Shown here: piece after piece, positions 39,402-50,318 of the stretch
Layout: every line of letters begins with the position of its first letter
Numbering within the stretch: position 1 is the first letter of the stretch
NCBI GenBank assembly: GCA_963730185.1
Contig: CAVSQW010000008.1
Span: 64,001 to 128,000, forward strand
From: an uncultured Gemmatimonadales bacterium
GTDB lineage: Bacteria > Gemmatimonadota > Gemmatimonadetes > Gemmatimonadales > GWC2-71-9
DNA length: 64,000 bases
Direction: 5' to 3'
Made by a program: the position numbers and the translations under genes
Notes under the pieces: model-generated
Told to the model about the DNA's origin: nothing
The model's input: only the letters and a program-made list of their open reading frames with translations
The model's database searches: none

Positions 39402-41841
39402 CGGCCAGAAGACCTCCGGCGTCATCGGCCGCGCCCGGCGGCGGGTGGACGGGCTGGCCAAGGCGACCGGCCAGACGCGGTTCGCGGACGACCTCGTGCT
39501 GCCGCGCATGCTGCACTGAAGCTGCTGCGCTCGCCCGTGCCCCACGCGCGGATCCGCGCGATCGACACCTCCGGGCCGAGCGCGGATGCCCGGCGTGTCG
39601 CCCGTCCTCACGGGCGACGAGTTCCCGATCCCGTACGGCATGCTGCCGGTGAGGCAGGACGAGCACGCCGCTCTGCCTCGACAGGGTCCGCTTCGTCGGC
39701 GATCCGGTGGCGGCCGTCGTGGCGCTCGACGAGGAGACGGCGTCGACGGCCCTGGACTGATCGAGGTCGAGTACGAGCCGCTGCGGCGATCGCCTCGCCC
39801 GAGGAGAGCCTCGCGAACCCCGAGCCGCGGATCCACGACTACGCCGACGAAGGCAACATGCCACAAGAGGTGTCGCCTCGCAGTTCGGCGACGTCGACGC
39901 GGCGCTCGCCGCGCGCCGACGAGTCTTCGAGGACGTGTTCTTCTTCCAGGGCAACACCCACCTGCCCGATCGAGCAGCACGCCACGCTCGCGTGGCGGGA
40001 CCCCGACGGCAAGCTCACGATCTGGTCGAGCACCCAGACGCCGCACTACCTGCACCGGGCCGCTGGCCAAGGTGCTCGGCCTGCCGCCGTCCGCGGATCC
40101 GCGTCATGGCCACGCCGAACGGCGGCGGCTTCGGCGGCAAGAGCGACCCCTTCAACCACGAGATCGTCGTCGCCAAGCGGCGCTGGTCACCGATCGGCCG
40201 GTCAAGATCTGCCTGACGCGCGAGGAGGTCTTCTACTGCCATCGCGGCCGGCATCCGGTGCTGATGCGCTTCCAGACGGGGGTGACGCAAAGACGGCGCC
40301 ATCACCGGCATGCACTGCCGAGACGCTGCTCGACGGCGGCGCCTACGGGTCGTACGGCGTGGCGAGCACCTTCTATACCGGCGCGCTCCAGACGGTGACC
40401 TACCGCATCCCGCGCTACCGATTCCACGGCTGCCGCTGCTTCACCAACAAGCCGCCCTGCGGACCCAAGCGCGGCCACGGCACGCCGCAGCCGCGGTTCG
40501 GCCAGGAGGTGCAGCTCGACAAGATCGCGGACGCGGCTCGGGCTCGATCCGGCCGAGCTGCGGCTCGCGCATCATCGCGCCGCCCGACTCGCCTGACGGC
40601 CAACTTCCTGCGGGTCGGCACGATCGGCCTCGGCGAGTGCATCGCACAAGGTGGTCGAGGGCTCCGGCTGGAGGGAGCGTCACGGCAAGCTGCCGCCGCG
40701 GCCGGGGGCTGGGCCTGGCCTGCTCGTCGTACCTGTCGGGCGCCGGGCTGCCGATCTACTGGAACACCTGCCCCACTCGGGCGTCCAGCTCAAGCTCGAT
40801 CGCAGCGGCGGGGTCACGGCCTTCTGCGGCGCCACCGAGATCGGCCAGGGCTCCGACGACGTGCTCGCGGCCTGCGTGCGCCGAGGTGCTCGGCATCGAG
40901 CCGCTCGACATCCACGTGGTCACCGGGGACACCGACCTGACGCCGGTCGACCTCGGCTCGTACTCGAGCCGGGTCACGCTGATGATGGGCAACGCCGCCA
41001 TCCAGGCGGCGGAGCGGGCCCGCGATCTCATCGCGGGGGCCGTCGCCGAGAAGATGGGGGTCCCGGAAGAGCGCCTCGCCTTTGCCGCAGGGCGGGTCTT
41101 CGACGTCGAGCGCCCCGACGATCCGACAGCGGGCCTTCCGTTCGCCGAGGCCGCGGTGCTGGCCGAGGCCAAGTTCGGGACGATAGGCACGGTCGGCAGC
41201 TACACCCCTCCGCCGTCGCCGGGCCGGTTCAGCGGCGCCGGCGTCGGACCCTCGCCCGCCTACTCCTACAGCGCCGCCGTGGTGGAGGTCGCGGTCGTCG
41301 GAAGAGACCGGGATCGTCGACGCGCGGAAGATCTGGATCGGCCACGACCTCGGCCAGACGCATTCACCGAGCCCTCGCGATCGGCCAGATCGAGGGCGGG
41401 GTGTACATGGGCCTCAGCGAGGCGCTGATGGAGGAGCATGAGCCTACCGGCGCCAATCGGTTCGGCGTGCACAAGATGCCGTCGATGCTCGAATACAAGA
41501 GCCTGACGACCCTCGAAATGCCCGAGATCGAGACCTATCTGATCGAGGACCCCGATCGCAATGGGCCGTTCGGCGCGAAGGAGGCGGGGCAGGGTCCGCT
41601 GCTGCCGATCATGCCGGCCGTGGCCAACGCGGTCTACGATGCCATCGGCGTGCGGGTCGACGAGGTGCCGATCACCCCCGAGAAGGTGCTCCGCGCCCTC
41701 GCCGCCAAGGACCGCCGCTACGGGCCCGGCTCCTTCCCCGACATCGCCATGCCGCCGGCCACTCGAGTGCCCACGCCGTTCGAGGGAGGAACCGGCCGGG
41801 CGGTCGAGCATGAGACGGCGGCAGGAGGGGTTCGGTCATGA
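39398..41841 (+). CDS. hcrA: Molybdopterin-binding subunit (4-hydroxybenzoyl-CoA reductase alpha-like); heavily frameshifted
   Basis: KATGQTRFADD, SSTQTPH, GGGFGGK, PKRGHG, EIGQGS, GSYSSRVT, QIEGG and GPFGAKEAG. Confidence 0.7.
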
Positions 41842-42830
41842 TGCGGCTCCCGGCGTTTCGCTACCTCGCACCGACCTCGATGGTCGAAGCGATCGACGTC
41901 CTGGCGGGTGAGGGCCCGGCCGCCGCGGTGGTGGCCGGCGGCACCGATCTCTATCCCAACATGAAGCGGCGCCACCAGACACCGGGCACCGTGATCGGAC
42001 TGCGCCGGGTCGGCGAGGTCCACGGGGTGACGGCAACGCCCGACGGGGGAGTCCGAATCGGCCCTGCCACGACCCTCACGGCGCTCGAGCGGCACGGCAG
42101 CCTCGCCGCCTCGTATCCGGCTCTGGTCGCCGCGGTCCGCTCGATCTCGACGCCGCTGCTCCGCAACATGGGCACGATCGGCGGTAACGTGCTGCTCGAC
42201 ACCCGATGCAACTACTACAACCAGAGCTACGAGTGGCGCCGCGCGATCAACTTCTGCCTCAAGTGCGAGGGGGACACCTGCTGGGTGGCACCCGGGAGCG
42301 ACCGGTGCTGGGCCGTGAACTCCAGCGATACCGCGCCCGTCCTGATCGCCCTCGAAGCCCGGGTCCGACTGGCGAGCCGCCGAGGGATCCGGGAAGTCCC
42401 GATCGAGGCGCTCTACCGGAACGACGGGATATCATGGCTCGCCAAGGAGCCCGACGAGATCCTGACCGACATCGTGCTCCCGCCGCCGGACGGGACCCGC
42501 TCGTCCTATGCCAAGCTCAGGCGCCGCGGATCCTTCGACTTCCCCGTCCTCGGCGTGGCAACCAGCGTCCGGCTCGACGGCGACCAGGTCGGAGCGGTCA
42601 GGATCGTGTTGAACGGCGTGGGATCTCATCCGGTCCGCGCCGCGGAAGCCGAGGCGTTCCTGCTGGGCAAGCGGCTGGGGGACGAGGAGGTGATCCGAAC
42701 GGCCGCCGAGCTGGCCTCCCGGCCCGCCAAGCCTCTGGACAACACCGATCTCGAGCATTCGTACCGGAAAAAGATGGCTCGGGTCTACGTCCGGGACGGG
42801 CTCCGCGCCGTGGGAGGCGTCACCCCATGA
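41838..42830 (+). CDS. hcrB: FAD subunit with [4Fe-4S] insert (4-hydroxybenzoyl-CoA reductase beta-like)
   Basis: AGGTDL, RNMGTIGGN, C-X15-C-X7-C-X8-C (RCNYYNQSYEWRRAINFCLKCEGDTCWVAPGSDRC) and KLRRRGSFDFP. Confidence 0.8.
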   Translation: MMRLPAFRYLAPTSMVEAIDVLAGEGPAAAVVAGGTDLYPNMKRRHQTPGTVIGLRRVGEVHGVTATPDGGVRIGPATTLTALERHGSLAASYPALVAAVRSISTPLLRNMGTIGGNVLLDTRCNYYNQSYEWRRAINFCLKCEGDTCWVAPGSDRCWAVNSSDTAPVLIALEARVRLASRRGIREVPIEALYRNDGISWLAKEPDEILTDIVLPPPDGTRSSYAKLRRRGSFDFPVLGVATSVRLDGDQVGAVRIVLNGVGSHPVRAAEAEAFLLGKRLGDEEVIRTAAELASRPAKPLDNTDLEHSYRKKMARVYVRDGLRAVGGVTP

Positions 42831-43938
42831 CCCGAGTGCCCGGTTGCCCCCCTTCTCGGGCCGATCATATCGGCAGCTTGCTGCGCCCGACGACGCTGCG
42901 ACAGGCGTTTCGCGAGTTTCACCGCCAAGAGATCGACGGCGCGACCTTTCGCGCCATTCAAGACGAGGCCATCCGTGCCGTCGTCAGGTTGCAGGAAGAC
43001 GTCGGGTTAGGGATCGTCAACGACGGCGAGTATCGGCGCGGATCGTACTGGAGCCGGTTCGTCGAGCTGACCGACGGTCTGGGGGTCGGGGAAGCGATGT
43101 TCACGTTCCATGACGATCACGGTAATGAGCTCGATTTCACGGCGCCCTACGTCGACGCGACGGTCCGCCGCGGGCGGCCGATCGCCGTCGACGAGGTAAC
43201 GTTTACGCGGGCGCTCACCGATGCGGCGGTGAAAGTCACCCTGCCCGCGCCGTCCACGATGCACTTCTGGCGGGGGCGCCGGTATGCCGCCCCGGGGCTC
43301 TACGCTACGCCGGCCGCAATTCTTTGCGGACCTTGGGAAAGGTGTACCAGGCAGAAATCGCCGACCTCGCCAAAGCGGGGGCGCAATACGTGCAACTCGA
43401 TGAGGTCGCGCTCGCCATGCTGTGCGATCCATCCGCGCGCGAGAAGGTGAAGGCCGACGGCCAAGATCCGGAGGAGCTGGTCGATCTCTATGTCGAGGCC
43501 ATCAATCGCGCGGTCGAGCAGCGACCGCCACACCTGGTGGTCGGGATCCACATGTGCCGCGGCAATTTCAAGGGCAAGTATCTGGCCGCGGGTGGTTACG
43601 ACTCGATCGCGGAGAAGTTGTTCCAGCGCGCGAACGTGAATCACTTCTTGCTCGAGTACGACACCCCGCGCGCCGGGGACTTTGCCCCGCTGCGTTTCAT
43701 CCCCAAGAACAAAGGAGTGGTGCTCGGGCTGGTCAGCTCCAAGGTCCCGGCGCTGGAGCCGATGGACCTGCTGAAGGGCAGAGTCGACGAGGCGTCGAAA
43801 TACGTCGACGCCGACCGACTCGCCATCAGCCCTCAATGCGGGTTCGCCAGTACCGTTGCCGGGAACCCGATCACGGAGGCGGATATGCGAGCGAAGCTGC
43901 AGCTCGTGGTCGACGCCGCGCGGGCCATCTGGGGCTAA
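42827..43938 (+). CDS. Short cobalamin-independent methionine synthase II-like (MetE C-terminal-domain) protein; frameshift near 43320
   Basis: RADHIGSLLRP, DGEYRR, HMCRGN, LEYD and ISPQCGFAS; ATGA overlap with hcrB. Confidence 0.85.
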
Positions 43939-44018
43939 CGAACCCGGCCCCGTGACTTCTCCGGCCTAACCGGCCCGCCAGACGGAAAGTCGCCAGGCGG
44001 ATTCCGTCCCCCTTCGGG

Positions 44019-45854
44019 TCAGGGAACGAGGCGGTTCCGCTCGGCCGACACAACCGGCAGCTCGAGCACGCTCGCGTGAGTCGGGTCGTGATAGAGCGTG
44101 ACGTGCGCCGTCCGGGCGTCCGCACCGCTTTCGAGGGCCACGGCGTGGCCCGAATTGTAGTTCTTCTCCCAGGCCATCGAGTTGGGCGACCGGAGGATCA
44201 GCCGAAGGCGGCTTCCTTCTTGGATCTGCCGCGAAAAGAAGGTGAACTGGTCGAACACGAATCGGGTGATCTCACCTGGGGTCACCAGATGGGCCTCCCT
44301 GGGCGAGTCGCGGTACCGGGCGCGCAGCGCATCGTCGGCGAGATAGATCGCGCTTCCGTCAGGACGGACTTCGTAGAGCGCGACTTCGAAGTCGGTGTCC
44401 GGCACGTCCAGGCTGAGCCAGACGGTCAGCTTCGGCGTTCCAGTGATCTCGACGGCCTTGGGGAAGGGCGCACTGTGGTAGATCAGCCCATTCCCCATGA
44501 GATTGAAGGCCGACGTCTGCTCCTCGAGATAGGCGGCGGGCTGCGGCTGCATCTCGAGCGCGGCCGGGCGGGTGTCGAGGGGATCGTAGAGGTAGCGATC
44601 GGGTGGGCTCACCGTCTTGACGGGTGCCGTCGTGAGCAGGCCGGAGTGGAGCACGTCGTTGGCGCCGTCCCGCGAGTCGAGGTGCAACCGGAGCGTCGAG
44701 TCCGAGATGCTCTCCACGTCGTCGGCGTACTTCCACTCGTTGGCGCCGATCACCCAGTACGCCACCCGCTTCTTGAGAAAGGCCGGCTTGGGGCCCTGCT
44801 TCGTGGTCCAGTCGTACCACGCCAGGTTCAGGGCGTTCATGTCCAGGACGCTGGCGGCGCCGAAATGGAGCCCACCGAGGTCGGCGACCGGCGTCCGGGT
44901 ACCCGGATGGTCCCACGGCCCGACGATCAGATAGTGCTGCGCGCGGGCGTGGGCGGTCGCGTAGCGCTGGTGGCGCCGGTAATAGGTCAAGGCGCCGATC
45001 TGGTCAGCGTCGAAGTATCCCGTCACCGTCAAGATCGGGAGATCGATCTTGGCGTACTCTTCGGGCGTTGGGGTCATCCGGTCCCAATACCCGTCGGCGA
45101 TCGGGTGCTGCATCCAGGTCGGGTAGATCGTGGTAAGATTCCCGGCAATCGTGTCCAGGGACGCGAAGGGTAGGTGCCCCAGGTACATCTCCTGGTACTT
45201 CTCGACCCAGAACGTCGGATCGCCGAACAGGTTCGTCTGCGGGGTAACCCCGCTGGTGAAGGTGGCCCACTGGATCGCGTAGGATTGGAAGATGTTCCGG
45301 AGCTGCGGAAAGTCGACCCCGGGATACCCTGAGGCCACGGGTAGCATGCTCACCAGATGCGGCGGCGGATCCTTGGCGATTGCCCATTGGAAGAAGCCGC
45401 CGTACGAACCGCCCCAGAACGTGACTTTGCCGTTGGAAAATGGTTGCCGGGCGAGCCATTCGACCAGATCGTGGCCGTCCTGAGCCTCGTTGACGAACGG
45501 TTCGAACCGACCCTCGGAGTTGCCGCGGCCCCGGGTATCCACCAAGGCGAAGACGTAGCCGTGCCGAGCGAAGTACATCGCCCGTGCATGCGACATGTCG
45601 GCGATATAGGGTGTGAGCCAGAGGACGACGGGCAGCGGCTCCCGCTGACCTTTGGGCTGGTAGATGGTGGCGTTGAGGTGGATCCCATCGGGCATGGGAA
45701 CCTTCACGCCGAAGGTGAGCTTGACTGCGCCGGTGTCGGGGGGACTCTGGGCGCCGGCGTGCGAAATACCCCCCGCGAACGTCAGGCCGGCGACGAGCGC
45801 CCCTCGAGTCAGGAGAGAACCCACTCGGACTGGTCTTCCCGATAGGGAGCTCAC
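44019..45854 (-). CDS. CocE/NonD family hydrolase, secreted
   Basis: LTPY, DTRGRGNSEG, GGSYGG, GYFD and GPWDH; GTG start inferred from the GTGA overlap. Confidence 0.88.
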   Translation of the reverse strand: MSSLSGRPVRVGSLLTRGALVAGLTFAGGISHAGAQSPPDTGAVKLTFGVKVPMPDGIHLNATIYQPKGQREPLPVVLWLTPYIADMSHARAMYFARHGYVFALVDTRGRGNSEGRFEPFVNEAQDGHDLVEWLARQPFSNGKVTFWGGSYGGFFQWAIAKDPPPHLVSMLPVASGYPGVDFPQLRNIFQSYAIQWATFTSGVTPQTNLFGDPTFWVEKYQEMYLGHLPFASLDTIAGNLTTIYPTWMQHPIADGYWDRMTPTPEEYAKIDLPILTVTGYFDADQIGALTYYRRHQRYATAHARAQHYLIVGPWDHPGTRTPVADLGGLHFGAASVLDMNALNLAWYDWTTKQGPKPAFLKKRVAYWVIGANEWKYADDVESISDSTLRLHLDSRDGANDVLHSGLLTTAPVKTVSPPDRYLYDPLDTRPAALEMQPQPAAYLEEQTSAFNLMGNGLIYHSAPFPKAVEITGTPKLTVWLSLDVPDTDFEVALYEVRPDGSAIYLADDALRARYRDSPREAHLVTPGEITRFVFDQFTFFSRQIQEGSRLRLILRSPNSMAWEKNYNSGHAVALESGADARTAHVTLYHDPTHASVLELPVVSAERNRLVP

Positions 45855-47575
45855 CGGCCGGTCGAGGGTGAGTGCCACGCCGGCCCCCGCACGATCCGCC
45901 CCGGCTTCTCTCCCGTCACTTGCCCATCCCGTACCACCGCGGTCCCATTCACCAGCACCCACTTCACCCCAACCGACAGCTGGTGGGGCTTCTCGTAGGT
46001 CGCCCGGTCGATGATCGTGTTCGGGTCGAAGATCATCACGTCGGCGAACGCGCCCTCGCGGAGCACCCCGCGGTCCGGAATCGACAGCCGCTCGGCGACG
46101 GCCGACGTCATCTTTCGGACGGCGTCCTCGAGCGTGAGCACGTGCTGCTCGCGAACGAACCGGCCGAGAATCCGGGGATAGGTGCCGTAGGCGCGCGGAT
46201 GGGTCGACTTCTTCGCCGTGGCCGGATCGAACGCCTCGGCGTCGGTGCCGAACTTCATCCACGGCTGGCTGATCTGCATGGCGACGTTGGAATCCGACGC
46301 GATGAAGATCACTTGCTCGAGGCCGTTCTTCTCGAGGAGCGTGAGGTCGATGAGCGCGTCGGGCCAGGACTCATGCCGGGCCGCGGCGATCTCGGTGAGC
46401 CGCTTGCCCTCGTACTTCTTCAGCGAGTCCGCCTTGAAGCCGACGACCTCGACGCCCTGAGGCGTTGCCGCGAGGCAGAGGCTCTCCCAGTCGGGCGACT
46501 CGGTCGCGATGTCCTTCTCGAGCTTGGCGCGCAAGGACGGATCGCGGAGGCGCTCGAGCAGCTTGCCGTCGGCCTGGGCCCAGGGCGGGATGCAGGACGA
46601 GAGGTTGTTCTGCCCGGCGACGTACGGATACTGGTCGGCCGCGACGTCCTCCCCGACCGCGCGGGCCGAGTCGATCTTGGCGACGACCAGCCGGGCCTTG
46701 GGCCAGTTCTTCACGCCGGCGGCCTTGAGATGATAGATCTCGACCGGAACGCCGCCCTCGCGGCCGATCTTGATCGCCTCGTCGACCGCCTCGAGGAGCC
46801 GGTCGCCCTCCGACCGCATGTGGGTGATATACACGCCGCCGTAGGGCGCCATCGCCTTGGCTTCCTCGATCAGCTCCGCGGTCGAGGCGTAGCTGCCCGG
46901 CGGATAAATCAGCGCGCTGGCCACCCCGAACGCGCCGTCGACCATCGCGTTCCGGACCACGCTGCGCATGGTATCGATCTCGGCCGGGGTGGCCGGCCCT
47001 TCGGCCATACCCTTGGCATAGGCGCGGACCGTGCCGGCGCCCACGAACGAGCCGACGTTGACGCCGATCTTGTGGGCCTCCATGGCCCTGAGCCAGGCGT
47101 CGAAGCCGTGGGGCCCGCGCCAGCCCTCCATGAGCCGGATCCGCGCCGTGTCGACGGCCAGCGCCTTGGCGGCCTCGATGACGCCGTCGTTGGCCGGCGC
47201 GAAGGTGTCGCCCTCGCCGAGGATCATGGTCGTGATCCCCTGGGTGACCATGCTGACGACGCGGCTGTCGCCGGTGAGGAGCTGGTCGTACGACTGGGCC
47301 TGGATGTCGATGGCGCCCGGAGCGACGACCAGCCGGCTCGCGTCGATCCGCTCCTTGGCGGTCGCGTCCTCGAGCATGCCGGGCGGCGTGATCCGGGCGA
47401 TGTGGTCGCCGGTGATGCCGACGTCGCCGTAATGCCAGGCGTTGCCGGTGCCGTCGACGATGCGGCCGTTGGCAATGACGATGTCGTATGCGCCGGAGGC
47501 GGGAGCCGCGGCGGTGCCCGGGGTGCGGGCGCAGCCGGCGGCGAGCGCCAGCGAGATCAGCAGTCGAGTGTTCAT
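45851..47575 (-). CDS. D-aminoacylase (N-acyl-D-amino-acid deacylase) family lipoprotein
   Basis: Lipobox AAGC; VAPGAID, THMRSE, IYHLK and HPRAYGTYPRILG. Confidence 0.88.
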   Translation of the reverse strand: MNTRLLISLALAAGCARTPGTAAAPASGAYDIVIANGRIVDGTGNAWHYGDVGITGDHIARITPPGMLEDATAKERIDASRLVVAPGAIDIQAQSYDQLLTGDSRVVSMVTQGITTMILGEGDTFAPANDGVIEAAKALAVDTARIRLMEGWRGPHGFDAWLRAMEAHKIGVNVGSFVGAGTVRAYAKGMAEGPATPAEIDTMRSVVRNAMVDGAFGVASALIYPPGSYASTAELIEEAKAMAPYGGVYITHMRSEGDRLLEAVDEAIKIGREGGVPVEIYHLKAAGVKNWPKARLVVAKIDSARAVGEDVAADQYPYVAGQNNLSSCIPPWAQADGKLLERLRDPSLRAKLEKDIATESPDWESLCLAATPQGVEVVGFKADSLKKYEGKRLTEIAAARHESWPDALIDLTLLEKNGLEQVIFIASDSNVAMQISQPWMKFGTDAEAFDPATAKKSTHPRAYGTYPRILGRFVREQHVLTLEDAVRKMTSAVAERLSIPDRGVLREGAFADVMIFDPNTIIDRATYEKPHQLSVGVKWVLVNGTAVVRDGQVTGEKPGRIVRGPAWHSPSTGR

Positions 47576-47603
47576 GGGATGTCCTTCTCGGTGGTGGCCT
47601 GCT

Positions 47604-48816
47604 CTAGTACGGTTCATGGTGGTGCCGGAGCGGTTCCCCGGCTTCAAGCGACGCCAGCAAGTCCAGAAGACCGGCTGCCTCCCACGACTGGTTCCTTCGT
47701 GCGCGCGAGAGCGGCAGCAACACGCCGGCGTCCTGCAATTGGGCCAGCGCGTCGTACACCGGACCCCTTGACCGGCTCGTTGCGGCGGCGGCGACCGGCC
47801 CGGTGATGATCGGATGGGCGGGCAGAACCTCGATCACCGCCCAGGCCGTTGCGTCCGCCCTGGGGGCCGACGCCTCCGTCAGGCGCCGCCGCCAATCCGC
47901 CATGAGGTCGTGCACGGCGCCGAGATAGTCGTTGGCGAGGTTGGCGGAGCGGGCCGCGGTGGCTGCGAAGTGCTCGATCCACTCGACGACGCCGTCTCCG
48001 CGAAACCGGGTCAGGCCCTGGATGTAGCGGTCTGCGTGAGGCGGCCAGGACAACGCTCACGGGCGGAACGTAGGCGGGTGCCAGGTCTCGGCGGCGGAGG
48101 ACGACATGAACCAGCGCGCGCCCGGTTCGGCCGTTCCCATCGCCGAACGGGTGGATCGTCTCGAACTGAGCGTGCACCAAGGCGGCCTGGACGAGCGGCG
48201 GAAGAAGATCGCTGGCGATCGCACCGCAGAGATCGTCCAGGAGCCTGGGGACGTCCTCCACCGGCGGCGGTACGAAATCCGCGCCGCACGGGTTGTAGTC
48301 GTTGCCACCGATCCAGTTCTGATCGGTTCGGAACCTGCCGGCGATCTGCCGTCGGGTGTCCTGTTCCATCAGGCGTCGATGGATGACGAGAATCTCCGCT
48401 TGGCCGAAGGTCGCGGCCCCAGCCGCCTCGGTAATCGCCGTCTCCATGGCGGCCACGTTGGCCAAGATGTCGGCCGCCGTTTGACTTCGCCGCCCCCCGG
48501 TTTCCATGCGGACCTCGGCCCGGGCCAGGTCTCGAGCGTCCATCTGGAGGCCCTCGACTTTCGACGAGGCGATGGACTCGGTTCGGAGCAGGAGGCGGGC
48601 AAGAGGGGCCAAGGCCGGCTGAGCGGCCGCGTTGAGCTTGCGGATGGCCGCTTCGGCGTCCGAAACCAGACCGGCCGTTGTCGCCGGCAGGTTGACGTCC
48701 AAGGACGCCAACTCCTCGGGGACAAACGCTTGGTAGCTGCAGGCCCGCTTGTATTTGGCCGGCGCGTCGATGGTGGGGTCGAACTGCCAGACCTTGGATA
48801 GGTAGTGTCCTGGCAT
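47604..48816 (-). CDS. Fic family protein; frameshift near 48040
   Basis: HPFGDGNGRTGR Fic motif; N-terminal SSKVEG inhibitory-helix-like motif; the C-terminal wHTH-like part is in ORF 47604..48053. Confidence 0.88.
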
Positions 48817-48833
48817 CTCGAGCTTGAACCCCA

Positions 48834-48888
48834 GTGTAAGTATGACTTACACAATAAACCATACTTTGAAAGGAGCAAGGTATGGTTT
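48834..48888. promoter_or_regulatory. Two AT-rich inverted repeats upstream of the Fic gene
   Basis: GTGTAAGT-ATG-ACTTACAC (48834-48852) and AAACCATACTTTG-N7-CAAGGTATGGTTT (48856-48888). Confidence 0.6.
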
Positions 48889-48896
48889 GCGCGGCC

Positions 48897-50318
48897 CTAC
48901 TTCCGCCGGGTCGCCGTCAGCCGCCGGGTGCCCAGCTCGAGCACGAGATGGTCAATCCGCCCGCCGTCGCCCTCGAAGGTGACCGTCATGCCGCCGCCCC
49001 GGGGGACGAACCGGGTCGGGGTTTCCGCCAGCAGCTCGTTCACCGCCGGCTGGCCGTTCTGCTGGATCGCGAGCGCGCGACCCACCCGGCTGATCACGAA
49101 GCTTCCTCGGCCCAGGTCGTAGGTGCCGACATAGCTGTCGAGCACCTTGTCGTCCACGGCGATGCCCTTCCGCTCCGGCGGGAGGACGTAGTTCTCACCG
49201 CGCAACAGCTTGAGCGCCGCGCTCGAAAGCTCCGAGGGCGGGACCGCGTCCGGCAGGAAGTCGGAGTTGGTCATGTAGTAGACGCCGACCTTGGCGTCGA
49301 GATCGCCGATCAGGAATGCCCGCTGCCCGGCGATGGCGCCACCGTGGTGGATCAGGGTGTGGCCGGTGGCGCTGTCGTGGATCATCCAGAACCCGAACCC
49401 GTAGTCGCCGCCGAAGCGGGGCTCGTGCATCGCCTTGACCGACTCCTCGGACAGGATCCGGTGCCCGTTGAAGACACCGCCGTTGAGCTGGGCGCCGAGG
49501 TACCGGGCCATGTCCTCGGCCCGGAGCCAGATGTCGCCGGCGGGGTAGACGTCGAAGTGCACCTGGGCCACGGGCTCGGGCTTGCCGAGGGAGCCGCCCG
49601 CCGCGTAGGGCAGGGACATCACCTCGACCATCTCGGGCGAGGGATAGACCGGATGGGGCGTGGTGACGCCGAGCGGCTGGAGAATGTTCTCGACCATGTA
49701 CTTCTCGTACTCGACACCGGAGATCTTCTGGACCAGCAGACCCGCGGTGCCGTAGGCGAAGTTGTTGTACTCCCACTTGGTCTCGGGCGCCCGGATCGAG
49801 TAGAGCTTGGAGGTGAACTCCTCCAGCGTCTTCGGGAGCTTCCGGCTCCAGATCGGCTCGGTCTCCGCCCCACTGATCAGCCCGGACCAGTGCGAGAGGA
49901 TGTGGGTGAAGGTCACCGGCTTCTCGCTCTGGAGCCGGTCCTGCACCTGGTCGTCGCCCAGGTAGCGGTTGATCGGGTCGTCCAGCTTGAGCTTGCCCTG
50001 CTCGGCGAGCTGCATGATGGCGGTGGCGGTGACCGACTTGAACGACGATCCGGTGCTGTAGAGCGTCTCGGTGGTGGCGGGCGTCTTGGTCCGCATGTTG
50101 GCGTAGCCGAAGGCCGCCTTCCAGACGATCGAGTCGCCCCGAACCAGCGCGATCGACATCGACGGAATCCCGTTGTCGGCGAGGGTTCGCTCGATGAGGC
50201 TGGTGAGCACCGTCTTCGTCTTGGCGAGGTCGAATCGTCCAGCTTGCGCGGTCGCGGCGGATCGGGGCAGAACGAGGAGCACCAGCAGACCGGACAGGCG
50301 AAGATACCGACGGATCAT
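48897..50318 (-). CDS. Serine hydrolase (beta-lactamase class C/AmpC-like) with C-terminal extra domain
   Basis: SSFK (SxxK), YNN (YxN) and HGG; signal peptide. Confidence 0.88.
   Translation of the reverse strand: MIRRYLRLSGLLVLLVLPRSAATAQAGRFDLAKTKTVLTSLIERTLADNGIPSMSIALVRGDSIVWKAAFGYANMRTKTPATTETLYSTGSSFKSVTATAIMQLAEQGKLKLDDPINRYLGDDQVQDRLQSEKPVTFTHILSHWSGLISGAETEPIWSRKLPKTLEEFTSKLYSIRAPETKWEYNNFAYGTAGLLVQKISGVEYEKYMVENILQPLGVTTPHPVYPSPEMVEVMSLPYAAGGSLGKPEPVAQVHFDVYPAGDIWLRAEDMARYLGAQLNGGVFNGHRILSEESVKAMHEPRFGGDYGFGFWMIHDSATGHTLIHHGGAIAGQRAFLIGDLDAKVGVYYMTNSDFLPDAVPPSELSSAALKLLRGENYVLPPERKGIAVDDKVLDSYVGTYDLGRGSFVISRVGRALAIQQNGQPAVNELLAETPTRFVPRGGGMTVTFEGDGGRIDHLVLELGTRRLTATRRK

Noticed and set aside
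39517..39519. In-frame TGA in hcrA as selenocysteine
   Set aside because: Homologous sequence (KLLRSPVPHARI) continues in a shifted frame, which indicates a one-base deletion rather than recoding.
38850..41841. Programmed ribosomal frameshifting in hcrC/hcrA
   Set aside because: There are too many scattered indels and no slippery heptamers; sequencing error is more parsimonious.
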